DNA of 64,000 nucleotides from an uncultured Nitrospiraceae bacterium. GTDB taxonomy: Bacteria > Nitrospirota > Thermodesulfovibrionia > Thermodesulfovibrionales > Dissulfurispiraceae. The number at the start of each line of letters is the position of its first letter. Within the stretch, counting starts at the first letter, position 1. The position numbers and the translations under genes are program-made. Below are positions 27,980 to 37,256 of the stretch, in pieces. Where the stretch lies: assembly GCA_947085205.1 (NCBI GenBank), contig CAMTVO010000014.1, positions 58,835 to 122,834 of the forward strand. Direction: 5' to 3'. The notes under the pieces were generated by a model that was not told the DNA's origin, made no database searches, and saw only the letters and a list, made by a program, of their open reading frames with translations.

Positions 27980-29497
27980 CTATTCCGACAACCACTCCTT
28001 CAGTATCATTGAAGCGCGTCTGGGGTCTTTCTTCACCATCATAAGCACATCTTCCTTCATGACCTCTTCAGGCGCTATTTCGGCGCCGGGCGCCGGAAAA
28101 GGCGCGGCAGGCATGCCCCCTTCCGGCATTTTCCTTACTATAGGAGCCTTCAGCGCCTCTATAATAGGCTTGATTACAAAAAGGATAAGAAGCGCTATCG
28201 CAACGAGAGGTATAATGTATTTCAACAAAGACATTGCAAGCTTTATGAAATCTATCTTCTCAGGAGGAAACTCTTCAATGGCTGTTTCAAAAGGAACGTT
28301 CTCGATAATCACCAGATCACCTCTTTCCTTATTATAGCCTATAGCAGCCATGACTATCTCTTTATACTTTTTAATGTCTTCCTCTGTTCTCGCTACATAA
28401 ACTTTCTTGTCCTTTTCTTTCTTGTATGTGCCGTCAACAAGAACCGCGACAGAAATACTCTTAACCTCGCCCCTCGGCTGTATTATCTTACTGACGCTCC
28501 TGCTGACCTCATAATTTATGTTTTCGGACTGTTTTTGGGATGATGAAGGAAAACCTGCCGCCTGTGCCGGCTGCTGTCCGGGCTGATTCGAAAGCACGCC
28601 GGGAATGCCGCCGGTTACAGCGCCTGTCGATTTTTCCTGAGTCCGCTGTTCGCTCCTGACCGCAATGGTATCTGGGTCGAACTTCTCTTCTGTCTTTTCG
28701 ACCCGTGTAAAATCTATCTTTGCGGCAACCCTGACAATAGCCTTTCCTCTGCCTATAATGCCCTCAAGCATGCTCTGGAGTTTGCTTTCATAGTCTCTGT
28801 CGACGGATTTCTGGTATTCTATCTGTTTTGAATCCGCAATAACATCCGTATCAGAAGGCCTTGAAAGTAGGTTTCCCATGTTATCTATAACAGTCACATT
28901 CTGGGGCTGCATGCCCTGAACGCTGCTGGATACAAGATGGACAATGCCTCCTATCTGTCCTTGATTCAATACCCTCCCGGGCCTGAGCTTCAAAACAACC
29001 GAGGCCGTAGGCTTGTCCTCTTTCTCTGTAAAGATTGTCTTTTCGGGAATGGCGATATGAACCCTCGCCTGTTCGACTTCAGAAAGCTGCCTTATCGTCC
29101 TCGTCAGCTCCCCTTGAATCGCCCTGATGTAATTCAATCTCTGGACGAATTCCGTAATGCCTATCTGTGTCTTATCAAATATCTCAAAACCGACCCCTCC
29201 GCCCTGCGGAATGCCCTGAGCGGCTAATTCGAGCCTCAGTTCATAAACCTTATTGCTCGGCACATAAATAATATTGCCCTCCACTTTATAAGGAACCTTC
29301 ATCTCTTTTAATTTTGCAATTACCTGTCCTGCATCCTCCTGCGACAGGGCGCTGTAAAGCGCCCGGTAATCAACTCTTTCACTCCAGAGCATTATTCCCG
29401 CCATGAGGGCAAAGCTCAATAATATGACAAAGACAAGAGAGAGCTTCCTTTTTAAAGGCCATGCCTTCAACTGTTCAATCATGTCTGCTAATGCCAT
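27980..29497 (-). CDS. fliF: MS-ring protein FliF
   Basis: GVGFEIFD, RAIQGELTRTI, ARVHIA, TASVVLKL, SVAVLVDG. Confidence 0.97.
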   Translation of the reverse strand: MALADMIEQLKAWPLKRKLSLVFVILLSFALMAGIMLWSERVDYRALYSALSQEDAGQVIAKLKEMKVPYKVEGNIIYVPSNKVYELRLELAAQGIPQGGGVGFEIFDKTQIGITEFVQRLNYIRAIQGELTRTIRQLSEVEQARVHIAIPEKTIFTEKEDKPTASVVLKLRPGRVLNQGQIGGIVHLVSSSVQGMQPQNVTVIDNMGNLLSRPSDTDVIADSKQIEYQKSVDRDYESKLQSMLEGIIGRGKAIVRVAAKIDFTRVEKTEEKFDPDTIAVRSEQRTQEKSTGAVTGGIPGVLSNQPGQQPAQAAGFPSSSQKQSENINYEVSRSVSKIIQPRGEVKSISVAVLVDGTYKKEKDKKVYVARTEEDIKKYKEIVMAAIGYNKERGDLVIIENVPFETAIEEFPPEKIDFIKLAMSLLKYIIPLVAIALLILFVIKPIIEALKAPIVRKMPEGGMPAAPFPAPGAEIAPEEVMKEDVLMMVKKDPRRASMILKEWLSE

Positions 29498-29501
29498 TAT
29501 C

Positions 29502-29795
29502 TTATACCTGCATCCTCATTATTTCTTCGTAGGCAGTGAGCAGCTTGTTTCTCACCTGAAGCAGGGTCTGCAATGATACATCAGCCTTTTCCATCTCAAT
29601 CACTACTGTATGAATGTCCTTTACCTCTCCCTTTGCAAAATTATGAATAGCCTTTTCAGCCTCGTTCTGTATCTCTGATACCTCTTTCAATGCGCCTTTA
29701 ATCGCATCCTCAAAGGACGCGCCGCTTTTACCGGCTGCTTTTGAAGACTGTGCGATGCCCTGAGTTATATCCCCTATTTTCTTTATATCGTCCAT
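29502..29795 (-). CDS. fliE: Hook-basal body protein FliE
   Basis: VRNKLLTAYEEIMRMQV. Confidence 0.96.
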   Translation of the reverse strand: MDDIKKIGDITQGIAQSSKAAGKSGASFEDAIKGALKEVSEIQNEAEKAIHNFAKGEVKDIHTVVIEMEKADVSLQTLLQVRNKLLTAYEEIMRMQV

Positions 29796-29895
29796 AATAA
29801 CACCTCCCTAAAACGTGATGTGTGAAGCGTAATCCGTGATGAGTTAAAGTAATAAATTTTTTACTCATTACTAATCACGCATTACGGATTACGAT

Positions 29896-30303
29896 TTACA
29901 CTTTCGTTATTTCCAGTGTCTTCATAAACATTTCTTTATACGAATTAATAATGGTTAAGTTAGCTTCATACGCCCTTGTGGCGGCTATAAGGTTAACGGT
30001 TTCCTCTATTGTGTTGATATTCGGATAACTGACATATCCGTTTTTATCCGCGTCGGGATGCGACGGGTCATGGACCATCCTAAAAGGCCTTTGGTCCTCT
30101 ACAATCTTAGGTATATTGACGCCTACGGCACTCTCGTTAAATAAGTACGACTCAAAAACCACATCCTTTCTCCTGTAAGGCCCGCCTTCAGGAGTCCGCG
30201 TGGAGTTTACATTGGCGATGTTTGAAGCTATGACATTCATTCTTATCTTCTGAGCCTCGAGGGCTGTTGCGCTAATCTTCAGTGGCATAAACATTTCCTT
30301 CAT
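29896..30303 (-). CDS. flgC: Rod protein FlgC
   Basis: RMNVIASNIAN, GPYRRK, DPSHPDA, RAYEAN; ATG at 30303 after GGAGG. Confidence 0.96.
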   Translation of the reverse strand: MKEMFMPLKISATALEAQKIRMNVIASNIANVNSTRTPEGGPYRRKDVVFESYLFNESAVGVNIPKIVEDQRPFRMVHDPSHPDADKNGYVSYPNINTIEETVNLIAATRAYEANLTIINSYKEMFMKTLEITKV

Positions 30304-30346
30304 AACAACCTCCATCTGTGTTTTTAACTTAATACTCCAATCCTTC

Positions 30347-30694
30347 TTACCTGCCTCCTTTTATCACATCCTTAATCATCCTCATTTTCTTTGTCATCAA
30401 CTGGGTTGCGGCATTGTATATTAATGTATTTTCCGCAACCTTTGCCATCTCAATGTCAAGATTTACGGTATTTCCGTCCCTGTTGGGCATGGTAGTAACA
30501 GTTTCGTAAATTTCATAGTCATGCCCTTTGCCTATTGCCTCCTCTACAGCTTTGTTAAGCTCTCTCTGAAAAGATATATCCTTTGCTTTATACCCAGGCG
30601 TGTCGGCATTGGCTATATTTGATGCAAGCACCTTCTGTCTGAATGCCGCCACATCCATCATCTTTTCAAGAACCTTCATGGTATTGTCAGGCAT
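30347..30694 (-). CDS. flgB: Rod protein FlgB
   Basis: RQKVLASNIANADTPGYKAKD, DGNTVNLDIEM. Confidence 0.95.
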   Translation of the reverse strand: MPDNTMKVLEKMMDVAAFRQKVLASNIANADTPGYKAKDISFQRELNKAVEEAIGKGHDYEIYETVTTMPNRDGNTVNLDIEMAKVAENTLIYNAATQLMTKKMRMIKDVIKGGR

Positions 30695-30779
30695 ATGACC
30701 CTCCTGTGCAATTTTCATTCCAGATTTACCTTTTGTAACCGTTCACCAGCCTCACCTGAAATGGCATAGTAAACGCTTA

Positions 30780-32096
30780 CTACCTTTTTATGTCATCGTC
30801 CGAAATGTTATATTCCTTTATCTTGTTCCGTATCGTCCTGACGCTTATGCCGAGCAACTGAGCCGTTTTTGTCCTGTTGCCGCCGGTTTCACGGAGCGTA
30901 TTGATAATCAGGTCCATCTCCATATTCTTCATCCTGCTCTGGCTGCCTATACCGCTTAACTCTAAACTCTGAACCCCTAACTCTAAACTCTTATCTCTGA
31001 ACTCCTCAGCCGGAGGCAGTAGAACCTCAGAGCGCAATATTACGGCTGTTCTGTAAAGGAAATTTTCGAGTTCCCTTACATTGCCATCCCAGCTCTTCTT
31101 CTTGATATACGACTGAAGCTCCTCAGAAATCTGAAACACCTTTCCCATCTTTTGGGATAATTTCTTTATAAAAAATTCCGCCAGCGGTATTATGTCTTCA
31201 CTCCTCTCCCTCAAAGGAGGCAGCCTTATCGGAAATACATTCAGGCGATAATAGAGGTCTTCCCTGAATTTCCCATTTTTGACCTGTGATAAAAGGTCTT
31301 TGTTTGTGGTGGCGATAATTCTTACATCCACAGGAACAGGAGAGCGCCCTCCTATCCTGTCAATCTCCCTCTCCTGTATAGCCCTGAGGAGTTTTGCCTG
31401 AAGATGAAATGCCATCTCGCTTATCTCATCGAGCAGGAGCGTGCCTTTGTCCGCAAGCTCGAATTTCCCGAGCCGCCTGTCCGCTGCGCCCGTAAAGGCT
31501 CCCTTTTCATGGCCGAACAACTCTGCCTCAAGCAGGCTTTCCGATATGGCAGCGCAATTTATAGCGACAAAGGGTTTGTCTGCCCTCAGGCTGTTTTTAT
31601 GGATAATCCTTGCAACAACCTCCTTGCCTGTACCGCTTTCTCCTGATAACAGTACAGTTATATCGCTCTTTGCCACTTCCCTTATTATGGACATCAGGTG
31701 TTTCATTGCAGTAGATTCTGCGACTATATCCGCCTCCTCCGACGGTAGCATCCTGTCGATAACCCATTTAAGCGATTCGAATGAAAACGGCTTCATTATA
31801 TAATCGGTCGCTCCAAGTTTCATGGCATCTACGGCATTTTCTACCGTCCCGTAGCCTGTTATCACAATTACAGGAACGAATATCCCTTTTTTCCTTATCT
31901 CCTGAAGAAACTCTATGCCGTTCATCTTAGGCATCTTCATGTCTGTTATTATGAGAGAGAAGTCCGAGAGGTTAAGCTCCGACAGCACATCCACCGGATT
32001 GTGGTACACGGCAGGCTTAAAGCCAAACCTCTTCAACGACTCCTTTATCGCCAGAGCCATGTCCACTTCATCGTCAACTATTAAAACCTGTTTCAC
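30780..32096 (-). CDS. Sigma54-dependent response regulator (FleR/FlgR-like)
   Basis: REC domain, [14 protein letters not shown], Fis-type HTH; upstream of flgB. Confidence 0.9.
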   Translation of the reverse strand: MKQVLIVDDEVDMALAIKESLKRFGFKPAVYHNPVDVLSELNLSDFSLIITDMKMPKMNGIEFLQEIRKKGIFVPVIVITGYGTVENAVDAMKLGATDYIMKPFSFESLKWVIDRMLPSEEADIVAESTAMKHLMSIIREVAKSDITVLLSGESGTGKEVVARIIHKNSLRADKPFVAINCAAISESLLEAELFGHEKGAFTGAADRRLGKFELADKGTLLLDEISEMAFHLQAKLLRAIQEREIDRIGGRSPVPVDVRIIATTNKDLLSQVKNGKFREDLYYRLNVFPIRLPPLRERSEDIIPLAEFFIKKLSQKMGKVFQISEELQSYIKKKSWDGNVRELENFLYRTAVILRSEVLLPPAEEFRDKSLELGVQSLELSGIGSQSRMKNMEMDLIINTLRETGGNRTKTAQLLGISVRTIRNKIKEYNISDDDIKR

Positions 32097-32126
32097 CTTA
32101 AAATACCTCTTTCCCCCTCCCCCTCG

Positions 32127-33263
32127 CTATAACGCTTTACGCTCTACGCTCAACGGCAGTTTAATAACAAACTCCGTCCCTTTCCCGACCTCGCTTACAA
32201 CATCTATTGTTCCTCTATGAGCCTTTATTATACCTGCGGTTATCGACATTCCGAGACCTGTGCCCCTGTCCTTTGTAGAAAAGAAGGGCTCGAACATCCT
32301 CCGCCTCGTATCTTCATCCATACCGCTGCCTATATCACGTATATAAATCCCAACTTCCCCTGACTTCTGACTTCTGACTTCTGACTTCTGCACCAAGATT
32401 TCTATCTTCCCTCCATCCGGCATTGCGTGAACAGAGTTGAGCAGCATGTTTATAAGCGCCTGTCTCATAAGTCCCTTATCTACATACAACCAGCGCTTTT
32501 CATCCTCGCTGAGAGAAAGCTGTATATCGCTGTTTGCAAACAGTTCCTTAAACTCATTGCAGGTTTCCCTGATTAAATCATTTAAGCAATAATACTCAAG
32601 TTTCGGTTTTATTTCTTTGGTAAACCTGAGCATATTATCGAGCGTATTGACAAGCGCCCTCACAGAGTTTGATATTCTGTTTGCGTAGTCGCCGTACTCT
32701 GTAGCTTTCAGGTCATTAGAAAGAAGACTCGCAAAAAGCTCTATGCTGCCGAGCGGATTTCTTATCTCGTGGGCAATCTTCATAACAAGCTCTCCCATTG
32801 CGGTCAGTCTCCTGTTCCGCTCATTCTCCGACTCAAGCTGTTTAAGCCTCGTAATATCTTTGAATATCAGCACATGGCCAATGATATTTCCAGATTTGTC
32901 CTTCACATCCGACCGGGATACGAGGGCATAAAATGGCTTGCCGTTATGCGGCGCTATTACATCTTCATGGATTTCTGCTTGTATAGAAGCGCCGCCTATT
33001 ACATCATCGGCATTAATGCCTAAAAGACTGCTTGCCGCATCATTTATAATCCTTATTACTCCATCCCTGTCAAAAAATACCACACCGACGTCAATGCTAT
33101 CGAGAATACTGTTGAGCAACTGTTTTTTGTGTTCAACCTCTTCGGTCAGCAAGCGGACATTATCTTCAAGCGCGCTGTAATACTGTACAAGCGTGGCAGA
33201 CGCTGAATTAAAGGTCTCTATCGCCTTATTTAAGAGATCTACATTCTGGTCGCTTTTTGTCAT
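32127..33263 (-). CDS. PAS sensor histidine kinase (FleS/FlgS-like)
   Basis: IAHEIRNPLGSIELF, FEPFFSTK, GTGLG; cytoplasmic; ATG at 33263. Confidence 0.9.
   Translation of the reverse strand: MTKSDQNVDLLNKAIETFNSASATLVQYYSALEDNVRLLTEEVEHKKQLLNSILDSIDVGVVFFDRDGVIRIINDAASSLLGINADDVIGGASIQAEIHEDVIAPHNGKPFYALVSRSDVKDKSGNIIGHVLIFKDITRLKQLESENERNRRLTAMGELVMKIAHEIRNPLGSIELFASLLSNDLKATEYGDYANRISNSVRALVNTLDNMLRFTKEIKPKLEYYCLNDLIRETCNEFKELFANSDIQLSLSEDEKRWLYVDKGLMRQALINMLLNSVHAMPDGGKIEILVQKSEVRSQKSGEVGIYIRDIGSGMDEDTRRRMFEPFFSTKDRGTGLGMSITAGIIKAHRGTIDVVSEVGKGTEFVIKLPLSVERKAL
32360..32390. repeat. Perfect heptamer array (CTGACTT)x4 in the fleS-like gene
   Basis: Read directly; encodes QKSEVRSQKSG. Confidence 0.95.
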
Positions 33264-33270
33264 AAATAAA

Positions 33271-34902
33271 TTACTTTCCCCCCGAAATAATTGCCGCAGC
33301 CTCTGCAATCTCTTCGCCTCCGCTTTCAGCCTTTTTCAGATAATCTCTGTTTTTGGCAAGCTTTCCGTACTGGTACTGTGCCCATTGAAGACTCTTAGGA
33401 TCTTTTACATCATAGTCCAGCGCTCTTTTGTAATAAGTCTTTGCCTTTGCATAATCCCTCGATATATACAGGCAATCTCCTGCCTTTACCGAAGACAGTC
33501 CGTCTCCCCTGTCGGATGCCGCAATATAATATCTCATCGCGCTCCGCTTGTCCCCTGTCTTCCAGTATAAGTCGCCGAGTTTTGCGGCAATTCTGTAGTC
33601 CTTTGCAGCCTTTACAATCTTTGTAAGATATTCTCTTGCAGGCGCATATTTTCCCTGCCTTTCCATGATGTCCGCAATCATATATGAAGCCCTGTATAAA
33701 TAACGGCTGTCGAGGGTAAGAGGAGTAAGAATCTTCTCCGCCTCAGAATACTTGCCTTCCGTTATCAGCATCTCCGACATGTACAGAGATGCATCTCCCT
33801 TTAAAGAACCTTTTAATGCCTTTCTGAGCAGAAGCGCCCCCTCAATTTTTTTGCCGTTTGTTATTAAGTAACGGGAAGCGTCCAAAATAAAAGGAGCGTC
33901 TGCATCGAGATATGGGGCGAATTTTTTAACATACTCTACGGCGTTCGGATCCTTCAAACTTATAATGCCCTTAAGCCTTTTTTCTATCTCCGCAGACCTC
34001 AGTTTCACGCTCTTTAAATAGGAAAGATATTTCATCGCATTATTAGCATCGCCCTTTTTGTCGTACAAAGATACAATCCTCAGTTTGAATTCATCTCCCG
34101 GTTCGTAAGGAGACAATTGCAGACCAAGCCTCAAAGCATCGTCCAGCTTTCCTTCTGTTTCATAAATATTCATTAAGACCTTCTGTGTCCTAAGCCTTTC
34201 GATGCTCGAAACCGGTTTGTCTATTATATTTTTACAAATTCTTTCTGCTTCCTTGAATTTCCGAGCATTAAAAAAAATCTGAACCTTATCAACTCTGAAG
34301 TCGCTTTCCTTTAAAACCAAATCAGGAATTTTATTAATAGTATTTATTGCTTCTTTTGCAAATCCTTTCCAGCTATAAACCATTGCCAGTGCATAAAGAG
34401 CGCGGTGGTCTGTTTCCAGCATCCTCTTGGGCAGCCCTGCCAAAAGGGACTCTGCTCTCGCAATATCGGCTCTTTTTAAAGCCGCTTCTGCCTTTCCGAT
34501 ATCCGCCTTTTCTTTCATGGCAGTTCCGACAGTCTCGAAGTGCTGTTCTGCCTCTTTTATTTTCTGCAAGTGCAAAGAGATATAGCCAAGCAAAAGATGC
34601 GCCTCATCCCTGTATTCCGGTATCTGGGACAAAGAAACAAAGCGATTGAGATTCTGGCGCGCCTCGTAGTAATTTTTCAGATAGTAATCGGACTTTCCCA
34701 TCCCGAACAATGCCTTTTCCGACAGAGCGCTTTTAGGGGCCGAGAGAAAGACATCCCTGTAAGTTTCTTTTGCCTTTAGATAATTTTTTGCCTTTAGATG
34801 CCCTTCCGCTGTTTTTATCTTGTCTTCCGAGGCAAAGGCTGAAGTAAGCAGTAAGCAATAGGCAATAGGCAGTAAGCAGTAAAAAAACAGTTTTTTATTC
34901 AT
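33271..34902 (-). CDS. Exported tetratricopeptide-repeat protein
   Basis: Signal peptide ending SAFA; many TPR-like helical repeats. Confidence 0.85.
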   Translation of the reverse strand: MNKKLFFYCLLPIAYCLLLTSAFASEDKIKTAEGHLKAKNYLKAKETYRDVFLSAPKSALSEKALFGMGKSDYYLKNYYEARQNLNRFVSLSQIPEYRDEAHLLLGYISLHLQKIKEAEQHFETVGTAMKEKADIGKAEAALKRADIARAESLLAGLPKRMLETDHRALYALAMVYSWKGFAKEAINTINKIPDLVLKESDFRVDKVQIFFNARKFKEAERICKNIIDKPVSSIERLRTQKVLMNIYETEGKLDDALRLGLQLSPYEPGDEFKLRIVSLYDKKGDANNAMKYLSYLKSVKLRSAEIEKRLKGIISLKDPNAVEYVKKFAPYLDADAPFILDASRYLITNGKKIEGALLLRKALKGSLKGDASLYMSEMLITEGKYSEAEKILTPLTLDSRYLYRASYMIADIMERQGKYAPAREYLTKIVKAAKDYRIAAKLGDLYWKTGDKRSAMRYYIAASDRGDGLSSVKAGDCLYISRDYAKAKTYYKRALDYDVKDPKSLQWAQYQYGKLAKNRDYLKKAESGGEEIAEAAAIISGGK

Positions 34903-34947
34903 CTTTTTATCAAAACCCCGGAATACATAAATATCCGTTTTCTATAA

Positions 34948-34964
34948 TGAAAGAAATGTGCCAA
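34948..34964 (-). promoter_or_regulatory. Sigma54 promoter of the TPR-fleS-fleR(-flgB...) operon
   Basis: Minus strand TTGGCAC-ATTTC-TTTCA (-12 variant). Confidence 0.6.
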
Positions 34965-35035
34965 CCGATTAGTTCATAGCTGATAGCTCATGGTTAATGG
35001 TTTTATCAAGCTATGAGCCATGAGCTATCAGCTAA

Positions 35036-35055
35036 TTAGTCAATTATCTGACTAA
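35036..35055. promoter_or_regulatory. Putative FleQ-type activator box
   Basis: TTAGTCAATTATCTGACTAA, core GTCA-N6-TGAC at 35039-35052. Confidence 0.65.
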
Positions 35056-35088
35056 ATAAGGCTAAAGAAAACAGCTTGAGTGTTAATT

Positions 35089-36075
35089 TTATGACAACCC
35101 TAATCTCTTCATCTTCTCGATGAGGGTAGTACGGTTAATATTTAAGTACTTAGCAGCCTGACTCTTCACCCCATTCTGAAGCTCAAGGGCATGGAGTATA
35201 AGCCTCTTTTCGTATTCCTCGAGAGCTGCATTCATGTCTATCCCGCTCACGAATGGATTTATATCGTCATTTTCTATATCGGGCAGGTTCGGAATCTTTC
35301 TTCCGGTCATCTTTTCGGGCAGGTCGTAAGGCGTCACAACATCATCATCCTTGAGAACAAGAAGCCTCTCTATCGTATTTTCCAGTTCCCTGACATTGCC
35401 GGGCCAGTGGTAGCTCACAAACATCTTAAGCGTTTCGTCGGTCATCTTTATTGAATTTCTTCCAATCCTCTTAGAATGCTTTTCTATAAAGTGGTCGCAT
35501 AAAAGAGGGATGTCCTCAGACCTCTCTCTCAAAGGCGGTATATCTACCGGTATTACATGAAGCCTGTAAAATAGGTCTTCCCTAAACCTGCCCGCTGCAA
35601 CAGCATCTTCAAGGTTCTGATTGGTTGCCGCTATTATTCTTACATCGACATTTACAGTCTTTGTTCCTCCTATCCTTTCGAAAGACCTCTCCTGCAATAC
35701 CCTGAGAAGTTTGACCTGAAGTATCGGCTGCGTTTCGCCTATCTCGTCAAGGAATATTGTGCCTCTGTCGGCAAGCTCAAACCTCCCGACCCTCGATGTT
35801 ACGGCACCGGTAAACGCGCCCTTTTCATGCCCGAAAAGCTCTGATTCCAGAAGCTCCGTAGGGATTGCGCCGCAATTGACGGGAATAAACGGCTTAGCAG
35901 CCCTTGCGCTCCTGTAATGGATGTTTTTGGCTACAAGCTCCTTTCCTGTCCCGCTTTCTCCGAGAATGAGGATAGTGCTGTCAGAATTTGAAACCTTTTC
36001 AATCAGTTCATATATGCGTTTAATGGCTTTAGAAGCGCCAATAATTTGAGGGAAGTTACCGTTACTATCATCCAT
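35089..36075 (-). CDS. Sigma54 enhancer-binding protein without receiver domain (FleQ/FlrA-like master regulator)
   Basis: [37 protein letters not shown] typical of FleQ/FlrA; heads the flagellar cluster. Confidence 0.85.
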   Translation of the reverse strand: MDDSNGNFPQIIGASKAIKRIYELIEKVSNSDSTILILGESGTGKELVAKNIHYRSARAAKPFIPVNCGAIPTELLESELFGHEKGAFTGAVTSRVGRFELADRGTIFLDEIGETQPILQVKLLRVLQERSFERIGGTKTVNVDVRIIAATNQNLEDAVAAGRFREDLFYRLHVIPVDIPPLRERSEDIPLLCDHFIEKHSKRIGRNSIKMTDETLKMFVSYHWPGNVRELENTIERLLVLKDDDVVTPYDLPEKMTGRKIPNLPDIENDDINPFVSGIDMNAALEEYEKRLILHALELQNGVKSQAAKYLNINRTTLIEKMKRLGLS

Positions 36076-36110
36076 GTCATAAATATGACACACGGAATAC
36101 TAAAAGTCAA
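36076..36110 (-). promoter_or_regulatory. Sigma70 promoter of the fleQ-like gene overlapped by a GTCA-N6-TGAC box
   Basis: TTGACT-N17-CATATT; GTCATAAATATGAC at 36076-36089 covers the -10. Confidence 0.6.
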
Positions 36111-36138
36111 TACAATTATCCATCACTCCAATACTCCA

Positions 36139-37170
36139 TTACTCCGTCTTTTCCAGATTGCCAATTCTTACCCCGATAAGGCGCACCTTTTTCTTCAATT
36201 CTATCCTCCCAAGGCACTGAAAGACAGCCCTCCTGATTACATCAACAGAGTCTGCCGGTTCATTAAGTGTTTTTGCCCTTGTCTGTATCCTGAAGTCGCT
36301 GAATTTCACCTTTACGGTAACTGTACGTCCCTTATAGCCTGAATGTTTCATATCATTGACAACCTCCCGAGTAAGCTCTGCAAGGCTTTTTGCTATGACC
36401 TGCCAGTTTTTTATGTCCTCTTGAAATGTCGTCTCCCTGCTTACAGACTTAGGCTCCCAATGAGTAATGAGAGGGGTTTCATCTATGCCGCGTGATGCCT
36501 CATAAAGATAGTTTCCAAAGGACTTGCCGAAATGCTCGATAAGTATATCGAGCGGAATTGATGCGAGTCCTCCGATGATCTCAATCCCCATAGCTTTAAG
36601 ATACGCCTCTGTCTTTGGGCCTACCCCCCATAGCTTTCTCACGGCTAACGGCCAGATGCGACTCTCTATGTCTTTTTCTGCGAGTATTGTCAGACCATCC
36701 GGCTTCTGCATGTCTGATGCTATTTTCGCAAGGAGCTTGTTCGGCGCAATGCCTATAGAGCATGTCAGCCCTGTCTTATCCTTTATTCTCTTTTTAATAT
36801 CATTAACAATCTCCTCCGATGGTCTTTCGATTTGTGATATATCAAGAAATGCCTCATCAATTCCTACGTCCTCCATTATGGGAGAGAACTCCCTTAGAAT
36901 GTTTTTGATTATCCGGGAAACCCTTGAGTATTCCTCATAATCCACAGGAAGGAAAACCGCGTGAGGGCAGAGTTTATAAGCGGTCCTTAATGGCATTGCA
37001 GAATGTATTCCGAACCTCCTCGCCTCATAAGATGCAGTTGATACAACTCCTCTCTTCGTAGGGTCTCCGTTGCCTCCAATAACTACAGGCTTGCCTATGA
37101 GTTCAGGATGCCTCTTCTGCTCAACAGCAGCAAAAAAGGCATCCATGTCTATATGGAGAATGCGTCTCAT
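36139..37170 (-). CDS. dinB: DNA polymerase IV
   Basis: ILHIDMDAFFAAVE, ASYEAR, GIDEAFLD, AKIASDMQKPDG. Confidence 0.96.
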   Translation of the reverse strand: MRRILHIDMDAFFAAVEQKRHPELIGKPVVIGGNGDPTKRGVVSTASYEARRFGIHSAMPLRTAYKLCPHAVFLPVDYEEYSRVSRIIKNILREFSPIMEDVGIDEAFLDISQIERPSEEIVNDIKKRIKDKTGLTCSIGIAPNKLLAKIASDMQKPDGLTILAEKDIESRIWPLAVRKLWGVGPKTEAYLKAMGIEIIGGLASIPLDILIEHFGKSFGNYLYEASRGIDETPLITHWEPKSVSRETTFQEDIKNWQVIAKSLAELTREVVNDMKHSGYKGRTVTVKVKFSDFRIQTRAKTLNEPADSVDVIRRAVFQCLGRIELKKKVRLIGVRIGNLEKTE

Positions 37171-37256
37171 CTTTTTAGGTTATTTATAGTAAAGATTTAT
37201 AAATTAGTATACAATTAAGCTAATAACAAAGGGGAATTTTTAGTCGAGAGGAGCAA

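Noticed and set aside
30762..30777. TGGCAT-N7-GC sigma54-like motif between fleR and flgB
   Set aside because: On the plus strand, pointing away from flgB, and lacks the TT before GC; could be chance
37171..37256. LexA box upstream of dinB
   Set aside because: No convincing palindrome matching a LexA motif I know
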